A stretch of DNA of 64,000 nt from a virus. A program made the translations under genes and the position numbers. Below the pieces are notes generated by a model that searched no databases, had not been told where the DNA came from, and was given only the letters and a program-made list of their open reading frames with translations. Shown here piece by piece: positions 9,401-18,428 of this stretch (position 1 is its first letter; each line of letters opens with the position of its first letter). The stretch lies in the IMG/VR virus record IMGVR_UViG_3300027686_001029, one strand, 5' to 3'.

Positions 9401-11918
9401 TAACTGATTGATTAGCGTTATAATCGGCTACTGTTCCTGCTATTCCTGATGTAGCTGTAGTTACTGATGAGCCAGATAGTGCTGATTCAATAATATAGAA
9501 GGTTGCGTTGTTAGATAGTGTGGCTGGAGTATCATCTGCTACTGGAATTGTAACAGTTGCTGAAGTCTTAACGTTATATGCATCATTTACTGAAGCTGAG
9601 TATATATAAGAGTTAATTAGGTCACTATTAAGGAATACTCCTGCTTTTCTAGTAACTACTCCTGTTGAAGACATTTGAAATGGATCTTCATGTGGGTTAG
9701 TCAGCTGTGAGCCACCGGTATAGGTACCTGTAGAAACACTACTGCCATCTATTTTAAGTCCTCCTAAAGTAAAAGAGGTGAATGTTATAGTATCTCCGTT
9801 AACATCTGTTGCTGATACTGATCCTGCTGATGTTCCGTCACTGCTATTTTCATTTACACCAGAAATACTTTGATTATTAAGTACAGGTCCTGGGTTATCT
9901 ACTACATTTATAGTAATAGGCATTCTAACAATAGAATCTACATCTCCATTCCCGTAATGTTCATCAGAAGCTGATACAGAAAAGTTATAAGTTTGAGTAC
10001 CTTCATAGTTTAATGAAGAAGTTACTTGGTTTACTGCTACATAAGTAGAATACTTTACTATATTAAAGTCTCCTGATGCATGAGATTGTGATGTTATGGT
10101 AATAGTATCACTTTCTGCATCCGAGAAGTATATTTTGGTTATTTCTCCTGCACCATTGCTTTCACTTACATTAGCTGCATAAGAAGTTATAATGTTACCT
10201 GATACAGAAGTCTCTCTAAACTTAGGAGCTGCGTTTGGGGTAACAGTTATGTATATTGTTTTTGATGCTACTGCTGCGAATGTATCTGTTGCAGTAACAA
10301 TAACGGGATGAGCATCATTTCCATCTCCCCTATCTGTAGTATTCATTGATGCAGTAGCTAAAGCATTCCAAGTCATTGCACCATTAGATGCTACTTTAAC
10401 AAAATTATCCGTATATCCTGCTCCTACACCGAAAGTAAGTGCTTGTCCTTCAGCATCTGTTGCTGCTACAGTTACTATACTTGATCCTGATGCCGTAAAT
10501 TCTTCCTGAACTTGATTACCTGTAGATATAGAAGGTGTAGTGTTAGGGAAAAATACTTTATCTAAAAATTCTGTTATACTTCCACTAGTTCCTGCATTAA
10601 ATGAAGCACTAAATAGACCTGGTAGGTTAGTTTGACTAACAATTCTATTACCATTATAAGCTACTGCTACTCCTGAACCAAATCCAGCAGAAGCTGCAGA
10701 AGCTGATGTTAGAAATCCTGCTGTTGATACTTGTGTAGATGATGATAATATCCCAGCAGGGAGTTGTGTTGAGCTACTTACAAGTCCTGATGGCAATTGT
10801 GCCGATGAGGAGATAGTACCTGCAGGTGTGCTTGTTAAGTACCCTAAACTTGTTATTTGAGTTGAAGAAGATATTATGTTACTTGGTAATTGTGCTGATG
10901 AGGAGATTATTCCTGCCTCTAGAGCTGCTACCCTAGCATTAGTTAAAGTATAGCTCCCTCCACCACTACCGAAGCCGGTTGCTGCTGCTGAAGCAGAAGT
11001 TAAGTACCCTAAGGTGGATATTTGAGCGGATGATGATACAGTACCTGCCGTTGAAGAATTTATATTTATTGCATTCCCAGATCCGTCAATCGTTGCTGAT
11101 GCTACTGTGGAAACTATTGATCCTGTAGAGTCAATGAAGTCTATAGAGGATGTACCTATTACCAGATTACCTATTTTAATACCGTTATTAACACTTGTCA
11201 GCTTAGAGATTACTACTCCGTCTTTAACGAAGTTTAATGATGCTGTTGTTATGTATAGGTCTCTAAATGGATCACTTGCTGATCCTAAATCATATGTACC
11301 GTTATTACTTCCATCAGATTGAGGAAGTATATGGCCTGTTATGAATTGATTTCCACTAAAGTGATTAGATCCTGTAGTAGCATATGACCCTGTCTTAGCA
11401 TTAAGATCAGAAACAGCAGCCGTTGAAGAGGTTACATACCCTAATGTCGAGATTTGGGCTGAAGATGAAATTGTACCGGCTGCTACGTCTGTTATAAATC
11501 CTAAACTAGTTACTTGTGTGGATGATGATAATATACCAGAAGGTAGTTGTATCGATGATGATACTATCCCGCTAGGTAGTTGAGCAGATGAAGAAACTGT
11601 ACCTGCTGGTGTTGTTGTCAAGTACGAACTTGTTGCTGCTTGTAAAGCATTAACTTGAGTTTGTATTGAACCTGTAAATGTATTGAGGGATCCTGAATGT
11701 GTATTTAAAGGACCTAAGGATGCAGAAGTATTTACACCGGCTTCTAATGAGCCAATACGGGCCATAACATCAGTACCGTTAAACGTAAGTTGTGAACCGG
11801 TTATATTAAATGAACCGGATACAGATACTCCTGTTCCGCTTGGTCTAATACTCGATTCATTGGAACCGCTTCTAAATATTAATGAACCGGATAATTCGGT
11901 TATAAACTGTTGTGACAT
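6471..11918 (-). CDS. Giant (1815 aa) virion adhesin/fibre with cadherin-like Ig repeats
   Basis: Cadherin-type motifs: VNENSSDGTSAGSVSATDVNGD, EEFTASGSSIVTVAATDAEG, DNPGP/NxxP linkers; four FYIIESA...NGRTG units at about 600-636 bp spacing; N-terminal SSS repeats. Confidence 0.7.
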   Translation of the reverse strand: MSQQFITELSGSLIFRSGSNESSIRPSGTGVSVSGSFNITGSQLTFNGTDVMARIGSLEAGVNTSASLGPLNTHSGSLNTFTGSIQTQVNALQAATSSYLTTTPAGTVSSSAQLPSGIVSSSIQLPSGILSSSTQVTSLGFITDVAAGTISSSAQISTLGYVTSSTAAVSDLNAKTGSYATTGSNHFSGNQFITGHILPQSDGSNNGTYDLGSASDPFRDLYITTASLNFVKDGVVISKLTSVNNGIKIGNLVIGTSSIDFIDSTGSIVSTVASATIDGSGNAININSSTAGTVSSSAQISTLGYLTSASAAATGFGSGGGSYTLTNARVAALEAGIISSSAQLPSNIISSSTQITSLGYLTSTPAGTISSSAQLPSGLVSSSTQLPAGILSSSTQVSTAGFLTSASAASAGFGSGVAVAYNGNRIVSQTNLPGLFSASFNAGTSGSITEFLDKVFFPNTTPSISTGNQVQEEFTASGSSIVTVAATDAEGQALTFGVGAGYTDNFVKVASNGAMTWNALATASMNTTDRGDGNDAHPVIVTATDTFAAVASKTIYITVTPNAAPKFRETSVSGNIITSYAANVSESNGAGEITKIYFSDAESDTITITSQSHASGDFNIVKYSTYVAVNQVTSSLNYEGTQTYNFSVSASDEHYGNGDVDSIVRMPITINVVDNPGPVLNNQSISGVNENSSDGTSAGSVSATDVNGDTITFTSFTLGGLKIDGSSVSTGTYTGGSQLTNPHEDPFQMSSTGVVTRKAGVFLNSDLINSYIYSASVNDAYNVKTSATVTIPVADDTPATLSNNATFYIIESALSGSSVTTATSGIAGTVADYNANQSVTFNVNPTNRFSISSAGNITVNSNISGSAVGGTSITGSVTASNAFATKTHDAFTVSITNNSGPTISATPTTANLNTNGARPSNNLYVLTFSDPEGDNVDLNQFTFSGTNLSSSKAGGQVSVSPTSNLTAGTYNFTASITDVGGFDTVTNKTEFSITQAPTGSLTGSGAFYIIESAVTTNNIVNNVNGRTGNQASASITYSPQFNSAGATAFTSSNSAIAITNAGLLSINVNLSGSATSSGATIASTISYQDQYNNIGSENISVAVTTNHVPTASFTNQTSIYNTNQAVSNANLVSVAITDIESDSPYAITLSGANAASMSAVPTNGISSSWEIRAVNNLPAATYTYNVTVTDNFNKSNSYNGRSFTIAQADDGTLSNNGTYYIIESATSSSNVVTSANGRTGTQGAVSVAYSPNYASQVATSFSSSNALINVHPTSGVLTAAQNISGSSNVSGSTIASTISWTDQYSNTDSTAIAVNVTKNNPPDIVFSDTTANHNTNGARPGNNLTTLSFTDTEDDSIDYTSITLAYGGANLTAVTAGTTRIIRPTANLTANTYVVTASISNNFHTNTEHHSIAVTGSNAGTLGTNGTFYVIESATNYQPVVTNSNGRTGTTGSLSVSYNPQFNSAAVQNYTSSNSAISIGTTGDITLNLNLSGSATGSGATISSNITFQDQYNTIGSGSISIAVTANTAPTVVSFTDVPSNFTASVSAGTNLVSMSIQDTESNTPFSASLSGTDAAKLKFSYNNADSSSAFIQAASTLGAEVIDYNVTVHDSFGKNTSYTGRSLTLVAAQPKTFAYGLSWAANPSSEAQFIATAGDAGADETAVVSGSVVSHFQSGGIGSTFGTSYGAPATLTLIRTASLTDLSDSSNTGTSQLGYFNFSGGAQHVIIIFASSSLVKGKPRSMYDGVPPDSTGTAKEYYTYAKNASIPGTMGSGVYYFDTTDAIDGVSRWGMVFGEGKNTNNSKYYLMPDSASAP

Positions 11919-11962
11919 GTATGCTCTTTTATTTTAAGCATAACCTTTGTGTAACTCTCTTA

Positions 11963-11970
11963 TATAAATA
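11963..11970 (-). promoter_or_regulatory. Candidate late promoter box TATTTATA
   Basis: About 45 nt upstream of ATG 11918. Confidence 0.65.
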
Positions 11971-11976
11971 TCACTT

Positions 11977-12834
11977 TTATAGTTTACCTTCTGTTTCTAA
12001 ACCAAATTTTACTGAAGATTTAGAGAAAAATTTACTTGCATTAAATGTCTGTGCATTAATACTATCAGGAACTAGGTGTCCTAAAAGGTTTATCTGGAAA
12101 TCTGTCTTATTAATACGTTCGTTTCCTTGAGAAACTTCTGTAACTGTATTATACGAATCGATCATTGCTCTAAAACTAAATCTATTAGGTTCTCCCCAAT
12201 ATGCATCTGAGGCATAGTTGACTGATTCTATTATTTTATTGTTTTGTTCTAAGTAGTCTGTAAATATAATACAAGAGTATGTAATATTAACATAATCAGG
12301 TATAGATACTGCATAGTATTCTTTTTCAGGTACTCTATTATTTAGTATGTCAAACTTATCATATACGTTTTTTTTACTAAATTTCTTTTCAAAGATACCG
12401 TAGTTATGTGGACTGTTACCGTCTAGCTTATTACCGAGTGATCTATTTTTTTCTATACTGTCTCTCTTAAACATAATGATAGGTGCTTGCATCTTACCAT
12501 TTTTATCTCTATAGAAACCGTCTTTTTGTACTGAAGCCCATCTTTCTGGTGATCCGTACACTAGTGGTACATTTAAAGTTTTACCGTTTTGAACTACTGA
12601 AGGTCTAATTACTTCGTTAAAGTAGTAGTGGATAGCTTCATCTATATCTTTTACGCCTATAGTAAAGTTTCTAACCTTATCGTTATCTCTTCTTATTTGA
12701 TTCTCTCTATTCTTAGCTGTACTTAAAGGAGCTTTATCTTGAATAGGAGAATCAGTATCTGGGTTCTTATAGTTTGATATAAGATCTTGGGATAACTGTT
12801 CTTGTGATTTAGGTGTTGGTTTATTTCCAGCCAT
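11977..12834 (-). CDS. Tail completion/terminator protein, T4 gp15-like
   Basis: IDEAIHYYF...NVPLVYGSPERW motif; position after neck genes. Confidence 0.65.
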   Translation of the reverse strand: MAGNKPTPKSQEQLSQDLISNYKNPDTDSPIQDKAPLSTAKNRENQIRRDNDKVRNFTIGVKDIDEAIHYYFNEVIRPSVVQNGKTLNVPLVYGSPERWASVQKDGFYRDKNGKMQAPIIMFKRDSIEKNRSLGNKLDGNSPHNYGIFEKKFSKKNVYDKFDILNNRVPEKEYYAVSIPDYVNITYSCIIFTDYLEQNNKIIESVNYASDAYWGEPNRFSFRAMIDSYNTVTEVSQGNERINKTDFQINLLGHLVPDSINAQTFNASKFFSKSSVKFGLETEGKL

Positions 12835-12836
12835 AA

Positions 12837-13322
12837 TTATCTAATTTCATCTATTCCTAATCTATCTCCTCTTGTTAAATGACAATCAGCTATAATAGAT
12901 AATGAAGATCCGAATCCACTAGTGCTGTTAGTTAGGTTATAACTACTGTCTCTTCCTAAGAATAACTGGTTCTCTCTAACTGTATCTACTTCATAATAGT
13001 CATTGTGCCAAGCAATAATATCGCCTATCTCCGGTACTACTATAGAGTCTGTTAAATCAGGTCTTAAAAAAGCAAAAGATGCTTCTCTCCCTAAATCAGG
13101 GCCGAACTCTTGGATATCTACTACTTGATCACCTCTAGTAATTAAACAATTAAGTTTAACTGCATTGTTATAAAATTTTTCAAGTGCTTCTCCGTATATA
13201 TTAGCTTGAGTATCTTCTAAAGATAACTTATAGTACAGAATTTCTTGTTCTATAATATCAGCTAGTACTTCTCTATTGATGTTGACTAGTAAATCGAAAT
13301 CTCTGTTGGATCCAAATAGCAT
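12837..13322 (-). CDS. Neck/head-closure protein, gp14-like
   Basis: Position after the gp13-like gene; PEIGDIIAW...YYEVD head-tail connector-like motif. Confidence 0.55.
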   Translation of the reverse strand: MLFGSNRDFDLLVNINREVLADIIEQEILYYKLSLEDTQANIYGEALEKFYNNAVKLNCLITRGDQVVDIQEFGPDLGREASFAFLRPDLTDSIVVPEIGDIIAWHNDYYEVDTVRENQLFLGRDSSYNLTNSTSGFGSSLSIIADCHLTRGDRLGIDEIR

Positions 13323-13621
13323 TATTTTTCTTCTATTGTGTTATCACCTATCTCTACATCTTTGACTGGTGGGTATTTACTTATTGCATTTTGTTTTAGT
13401 GCTTGAAAAGCTTCTTGACCTTGTTTTTGAGTAATTAACTTTACCTTAAGAGTAACTTTACTAGTTTCTTCATCTGTACTTGCTATTGTAACTGTAGTAA
13501 CACCTGGTAATGCTCTTATTAGATCTCCTATTTCATTGGCATCGCTATCTTCATAAACGATTTGTACCATACCTTCGTATGTCATGAATTCTACTTCTGA
13601 TAGTATTTGTGTTAACTTCAT
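13322..13621 (-). CDS. Small protein with N-terminal MKLTQILSE tag
   Basis: ORF coupled to both neighbours; ferredoxin-like beta-alpha pattern (DLIRALPGVTTV). Confidence 0.6.
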   Translation of the reverse strand: MKLTQILSEVEFMTYEGMVQIVYEDSDANEIGDLIRALPGVTTVTIASTDEETSKVTLKVKLITQKQGQEAFQALKQNAISKYPPVKDVEIGDNTIEEK

Positions 13622-14763
13622 TACCCTATATAAATTACATTAGGTATATCGTTTTGGATAGTCCTTAAGTTATCTGACTCGCTAGCTCTTCTTTCTAGTT
13701 GAGATTGTCTAGAAGTTTGTTCTAACATCTCTCTTAAATTCTCTACCAATGCATCTTTTTCTGACCTTGCATCTGCAAGTAAATCACTCTGGTTTAATGT
13801 AGCTTCAGACCCAGGAACTGGTATGGTTTGATATTTTCCTCTTACATATGCTAATAACTCTTTTGCTAATGCTAAACTATACTTGAATACCCATTGTCTA
13901 CCGACACTATTAAATTGTGAGTATACAGGATTGGTATATGGTACTTCTCCTACATTAGTAATTAGGTCTCTAGCTGTATTTGGGGTGACATTCCTTTTAT
14001 CATCTACCCTATAGTACTCAAATCTTAAATTATGAGCTAAAGTAGGGACTGGGAATAATGTAAGGTTGTTATTAATTAATTTAAATGAATAGGCTGATCT
14101 TCTTATTTGATCATTAAATTCAATTGCTTGTACTTTAAGTATATCATATGAAGCCGGCATTAATAAGAAGTTAACTCCTGGACTAAATGATCCAAAATCA
14201 AAAGCATCCATTAATGACTGTACTCCTGTACCTGTTCCTGCATAAGGATCGAAGTAGCGCATGATAGCTGGTGGAGCTTCATAAAAAACTCTTCTTACTT
14301 CAATACTACCTGTAATTCCTGCTGAGGTTGCCCAAGCATCCATATTGTACTCTTGTACAGAGGCTGATACTTTTAGAGATCCTGTATACATTGTTACATT
14401 ACCTCCTACTTCTGCTTCTACCCCGTAAGAATCGCCTATACCTACTACTCTTTCAAGTGTTGGTTCAACTAATTGATTATTTAATGCACTGCCTGTAGTG
14501 CTTCCTTCAAGACTTAAGTAGTTCTCTCTAATTTTATATTGAAATACTTCATTTCCGTAAGTAGTTACTGCTTCTTCAAAGCATGCAAAAAAAGATCCTG
14601 ATTGTAGTTCGACATCCATTAGAGGAAATCCTAATCTGGTTCCACAAAATTTAGATACTTTAACTGCATCAGATTGAAAATCTGTATCTGCATCGTAGAA
14701 TCCAAATGGAGTCATTCCAACTGCAAATGTTGCACTACCGTCCCATATTGATACATTAGCCAT
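13621..14763 (-). CDS. Neck protein, gp13-like
   Basis: LGFPLMDVEL...FEEAV and WVFKYSLALAKELLAYVRGKY...GSEATLN motifs typical of T4-like gp13. Confidence 0.75.
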   Translation of the reverse strand: MANVSIWDGSATFAVGMTPFGFYDADTDFQSDAVKVSKFCGTRLGFPLMDVELQSGSFFACFEEAVTTYGNEVFQYKIRENYLSLEGSTTGSALNNQLVEPTLERVVGIGDSYGVEAEVGGNVTMYTGSLKVSASVQEYNMDAWATSAGITGSIEVRRVFYEAPPAIMRYFDPYAGTGTGVQSLMDAFDFGSFSPGVNFLLMPASYDILKVQAIEFNDQIRRSAYSFKLINNNLTLFPVPTLAHNLRFEYYRVDDKRNVTPNTARDLITNVGEVPYTNPVYSQFNSVGRQWVFKYSLALAKELLAYVRGKYQTIPVPGSEATLNQSDLLADARSEKDALVENLREMLEQTSRQSQLERRASESDNLRTIQNDIPNVIYIG

Positions 14764-14777
14764 TTAATAAAGTTTAT

Positions 14778-14785
14778 TATAAATA
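14778..14785 (-). promoter_or_regulatory. Candidate late promoter box TATTTATA
   Basis: About 15 nt upstream of ATG 14763. Confidence 0.65.
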
Positions 14786-14789
14786 GTGA

Positions 14790-15476
14790 TTAATCTCTGA
14801 AGGTTTGATATACTTGTAGAATAGGTGAAACTATAGTATGTCTATGGTTTAACTGTAGACTATGGGTAGCAAAACCTTCTACTTGTTCTTCTATCCTAGC
14901 TAAAAAAGAAAATCCTGTTTCCCTCTTATCTTTTAGATCTATTTGAGCCATATCTCCACATATAACCATTTTAGAATTTTTTCCTAGACGTCCTATTACT
15001 GTTTCCATTTGGTTATGGGTAACATTTTGAGCTTCATCTACTATTACAAGAGAGTTTAAAAATGTTCTACCTCTTAAGAAAGCAAATGGAACTATTTCGA
15101 TTGTTTCATCGTCTAATAGCTTCTGTACTTTTTCTTTACTGTACAACATAAATAAATTGTGATAAATTGGTGCTAACCAAGGGTCCATCTTCTCCTTAAT
15201 GTTTCCTGGTAAGAACCCTATATCTTCTTTAGACACCGTAGGTCTTGTGATAACAACCTTATCTATCTGTTTAGTAAATAATAGGTCTAATGCTACCTGT
15301 GTTGCAACTAAAGTTTTACCTGAACCTGCCATTCCTTTTAAAACTGTTATAGGATATTGAAGTATCTTTGCTTTAGCTTCTTTTTGTTCGTCATTTAATT
15401 GAACGTTAAACTTAATAGGTCTTTTAGGTCTCTTCTTTTGAACGAATACATCGTCCGTATGGTGTTTTGAAGGCAT
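14790..15476 (-). CDS. phoH: PhoH-family ATPase
   Basis: GMAGSGKT Walker A, ITRPTV, GFLPG, FLRGRTF, IVDEAQN, GD-x-x-Q-I-D motifs. Confidence 0.95.
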   Translation of the reverse strand: MPSKHHTDDVFVQKKRPKRPIKFNVQLNDEQKEAKAKILQYPITVLKGMAGSGKTLVATQVALDLLFTKQIDKVVITRPTVSKEDIGFLPGNIKEKMDPWLAPIYHNLFMLYSKEKVQKLLDDETIEIVPFAFLRGRTFLNSLVIVDEAQNVTHNQMETVIGRLGKNSKMVICGDMAQIDLKDKRETGFSFLARIEEQVEGFATHSLQLNHRHTIVSPILQVYQTFRD

Positions 15477-15501
15477 GTATAATAACGTTTTAGTTTGTTA
15501 T

Positions 15502-15536
15502 TATAAATATCCGAACTATATACTTTAGATCCTACA
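15502..15536 (-). promoter_or_regulatory. TATTTATA box with an overlapping weak TGTAG-N20-GATATTTA element
   Basis: Box at 15502-15509, 26 nt upstream of the phoH ATG and downstream of the capsid terminator. Confidence 0.55.
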
Positions 15537-15543
15537 TATAAAC

Positions 15544-15569
15544 AAAAAAAAAGAGCCCCGAAGGGCTCT
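15544..15569 (-). terminator. Rho-independent terminator with UUCG loop after the major capsid gene
   Basis: AGAGCCC-TTCG-GGGCTCT followed by a long T run on the minus strand. Confidence 0.92.
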
Positions 15570-15600
15570 CTTAATTTACTACTTAATTAAATTAAATCAA

Positions 15601-17205
15601 TTAGATTTGGTTTAAGTCAGCGATAAAGATCTTCCCGTAAAATTCTGGGCGAATCATTTTCTTAGCATAACGAGTCATTAAACCTTTTCTTGGAGTGAAG
15701 GTTTCAGGATCGTATACTAATGGAGTCATCAATAATGGAACGTAAGGAGCATATACTGCACCTGTTTCCAAGAATTGAGATCCTCTATATCCAGTTAGGA
15801 TTATATTCTCAGTCATGTAAGGATTTTTGTAAACTTTAAAGCGGTTAGCTAAGTTTCCAACTTTCTGTACACCCATTGAGAATTCTTGCTGATCACCATC
15901 AGTTGAAGCTGCATATCCAGGAATAGATTCTAGGATTGTAGCTACAGTTGGAGAACATACTAGGAAGTTTGCACCACCTCTTAATGTTTTCTGGTGAATC
16001 TTGTTAGATACTTTTTGGATTTTAGTTCCTAATGTTTGGAACCATTGTCCTTGAGTATTGTAAAAATCAGAAGTAGAAGTGATCCAGTTTCCTGCAGCGC
16101 TCATTACTTTGTTGTTTTCAGCAGACCATTTTTCAGTAGTTGCAGCATCTAAGATAAGCATGTCTAACAATTCAAGATCGATTTCCATTGAAATGTATTC
16201 ACTTAAAAGTGAAGTCAATTCAGCTTCAGCATCGATTGAATGGTAAGCATTTAAATCTTGTGCAAATTCTGGAGTCCATTGAGCTTTAAGTTTTCTTGTT
16301 TTAGCAACAATCGCCTCAGAGCTTAATTTTACGTCTACTTCAGGAATCTTGATAGAAGTATCAACAGCTACAGTTGAATCAGCTTCAAAGTCTCCTCTGT
16401 CGTTGTCTACTGGTGCTTTTACTGTCTTGATAGAACCTGTCATGTTAGCAGGTAGTCCAGCTGATACTGATTTAGATATTACGAAAGTTACTGTTGGAGT
16501 ACTTGCGTTAGCGTCTACTGTAGTAAGTGCTGGGTGAGATGTTACGTCTACTGCTCCAGAATAAATTCTAAATGCTCTTACTGCTTCTACGTCAATTGCA
16601 TCACCAGATGCGAATGTATGAGCGAAAGTAAAGAAGTCAGTTGGAGGTGCATCAGTTTGGTATGCAATAGAAGCACTAGTTGCTGCTCCTGGTACTGCTT
16701 GTGCAGCTACAGATGCAGTGTTAATAGAGTATCCGAATTTTCCAGCGCCGTAAAGACCTCCAGAAGGATCAACATCTTTTCCAATTTTTGAACCAGCTGT
16801 AGATACGTTACCGTACATGTTATCTCCTGCAGCACGTCCACCTGTTGAAGTTCCGTATTTGAAATCTAGATAAAATACTAGACCAGAAGGAAGATTCATT
16901 GGTTGTACTGAAACGAAGTCTTTTGCTACGATTTGAGCAAATACTTTACGTACTAGTGGTAAAGCTACACCTGCCCACTGCTCACCTTGACCAGCTGTAA
17001 ATGTTGCACCACCTGAGTTAGTACTGTTTCCTTCAGCTACGATTTGTTTAGCTTGGTTTTCAAGAATCATTGCCATGTTAGTAGCCTCTTTTTCTCCTAA
17101 ACCTTCTAACAAACCAGAAGCTTGCCATTTGTCCGCTAATTTAACGGCGTCTGCTTGAACGTTTTTATACCCGTTCGAGCTTTCTAATAGGTTGTTAATT
17201 TCCAT
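15601..17205 (-). CDS. gp23: Major capsid protein, T4 gp23-like
   Basis: LPLVRKVF, VSVQPMNLPSGLVFYL, AKTRKLKAQWTPEFAQDLNAYHSIDAEAEL, GAVYAPYVPL, MTRYA motifs. Confidence 0.97.
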   Translation of the reverse strand: MEINNLLESSNGYKNVQADAVKLADKWQASGLLEGLGEKEATNMAMILENQAKQIVAEGNSTNSGGATFTAGQGEQWAGVALPLVRKVFAQIVAKDFVSVQPMNLPSGLVFYLDFKYGTSTGGRAAGDNMYGNVSTAGSKIGKDVDPSGGLYGAGKFGYSINTASVAAQAVPGAATSASIAYQTDAPPTDFFTFAHTFASGDAIDVEAVRAFRIYSGAVDVTSHPALTTVDANASTPTVTFVISKSVSAGLPANMTGSIKTVKAPVDNDRGDFEADSTVAVDTSIKIPEVDVKLSSEAIVAKTRKLKAQWTPEFAQDLNAYHSIDAEAELTSLLSEYISMEIDLELLDMLILDAATTEKWSAENNKVMSAAGNWITSTSDFYNTQGQWFQTLGTKIQKVSNKIHQKTLRGGANFLVCSPTVATILESIPGYAASTDGDQQEFSMGVQKVGNLANRFKVYKNPYMTENIILTGYRGSQFLETGAVYAPYVPLLMTPLVYDPETFTPRKGLMTRYAKKMIRPEFYGKIFIADLNQI

Positions 17206-17226
17206 TTTTGTTTATGAATTTTTAAA

Positions 17227-18306
17227 TTAAATTATACCGGCTAATTTCTGCATTCTACGAACTGCATCAGATACCTCATTAATTACTTCAGTACTTTGTT
17301 TAGTACTTCCAGTAGTTTTTGAAGCGCTTCCGAATGATTCTTTAATGCTAGCCTTTTTACTTTTTACTATAACGTTTTCACTTACAGTTTCGAAGACTAA
17401 TTTTACTTCTTTAACTGTTTCTGCTTTATCAAAAGCAGCAATAACGTTTACTTTTTGAGACTCAGATAAATCGTTTGCCTTAAAGATCTTATTAACGTAA
17501 AGTAATTTTGCGTTAAGAATATTAACTTCGTTAAGTTCTGATTTAAGAGTTTCGATAGTTTCTAAAGCTTCTTTTAAAGTATGGTTAACATTTTTGGTTT
17601 TAGTATCTGCTACTTCTTCCATTGTGTCTTCCTCTTTATCCTTTTTAGGAGCTTCATCCATATCTTCGTCCTCTTTAGGAGCTTCTGATAATGAGTCAAG
17701 TTCTTTAAGTAATTCATCAAGGTCAATCTCGTCAGCATCTCCTTCTAAATCATCCATTGCGTCAATTTCAGTGTCTGGTTCATCACCAAGTCCTTCAATA
17801 TCTCCAGCGTCTAATTCAGCTCCAAGATCGTCGCCAGCTTCTCCAGCTCCAACTTCTTGTGAGATAATGTCTCTAATCATGTCCTTAAATTGGTCAACAG
17901 AGAGGTCAGATAAATCTGCATCTCCATCAACTTCTTCTTCGTGAGCCTCATCATCGTGAGCCTCAGCGTCGATTTCGTCGTCTGTAATTTCTTCAGCGTC
18001 GTCAGCAGTTTCTTCTGCGTCATCCTCGGCTTCGTCAACTTCTACTAAACCTTCATCTGTGTCGTCTTTAGCATGTGCTTCGTCTTTGTCGTCTTTATGA
18101 TGAGCTTCTTCAACTTCCTCTTCGACTTCGTTTACTACTTCTTCTTCAGTCGATGAATCTTCCATCTCTTGAAGTTTAGCAGCTAACATGTCTTTTAAAT
18201 GAGGAGTCAATGACTCTTCTAAAGCTTCCTTAGCGTTAGCAATAGCGGCTTCACGTACAGACTTAGCTTCAGCAATAGCTTGCTTGAATAAATCTTTGTT
18301 TGCCAT
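17227..18306 (-). CDS. Prohead core scaffold protein, gp22-like
   Basis: Very acidic coiled-coil protein immediately upstream of the capsid gene; multiple L/I-x-E sites. Confidence 0.8.
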   Translation of the reverse strand: MANKDLFKQAIAEAKSVREAAIANAKEALEESLTPHLKDMLAAKLQEMEDSSTEEEVVNEVEEEVEEAHHKDDKDEAHAKDDTDEGLVEVDEAEDDAEETADDAEEITDDEIDAEAHDDEAHEEEVDGDADLSDLSVDQFKDMIRDIISQEVGAGEAGDDLGAELDAGDIEGLGDEPDTEIDAMDDLEGDADEIDLDELLKELDSLSEAPKEDEDMDEAPKKDKEEDTMEEVADTKTKNVNHTLKEALETIETLKSELNEVNILNAKLLYVNKIFKANDLSESQKVNVIAAFDKAETVKEVKLVFETVSENVIVKSKKASIKESFGSASKTTGSTKQSTEVINEVSDAVRRMQKLAGII

Positions 18307-18397
18307 TTTTAAAAAATTTGTGGGTTTCTACGATTATTTAGAATCGTAATATGAAATTATTGTATATTGATGCAATATAAGGATTGCATATTCTTTA

Positions 18398-18405
18398 TAT
18401 AAATA
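18398..18405 (-). promoter_or_regulatory. Candidate late promoter box TATTTATA for the scaffold-capsid unit
   Basis: About 92 nt upstream of ATG 18306, with two hairpins in between. Confidence 0.65.
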
Positions 18406-18428
18406 TATACGGTTTATAAAAACAAGTA

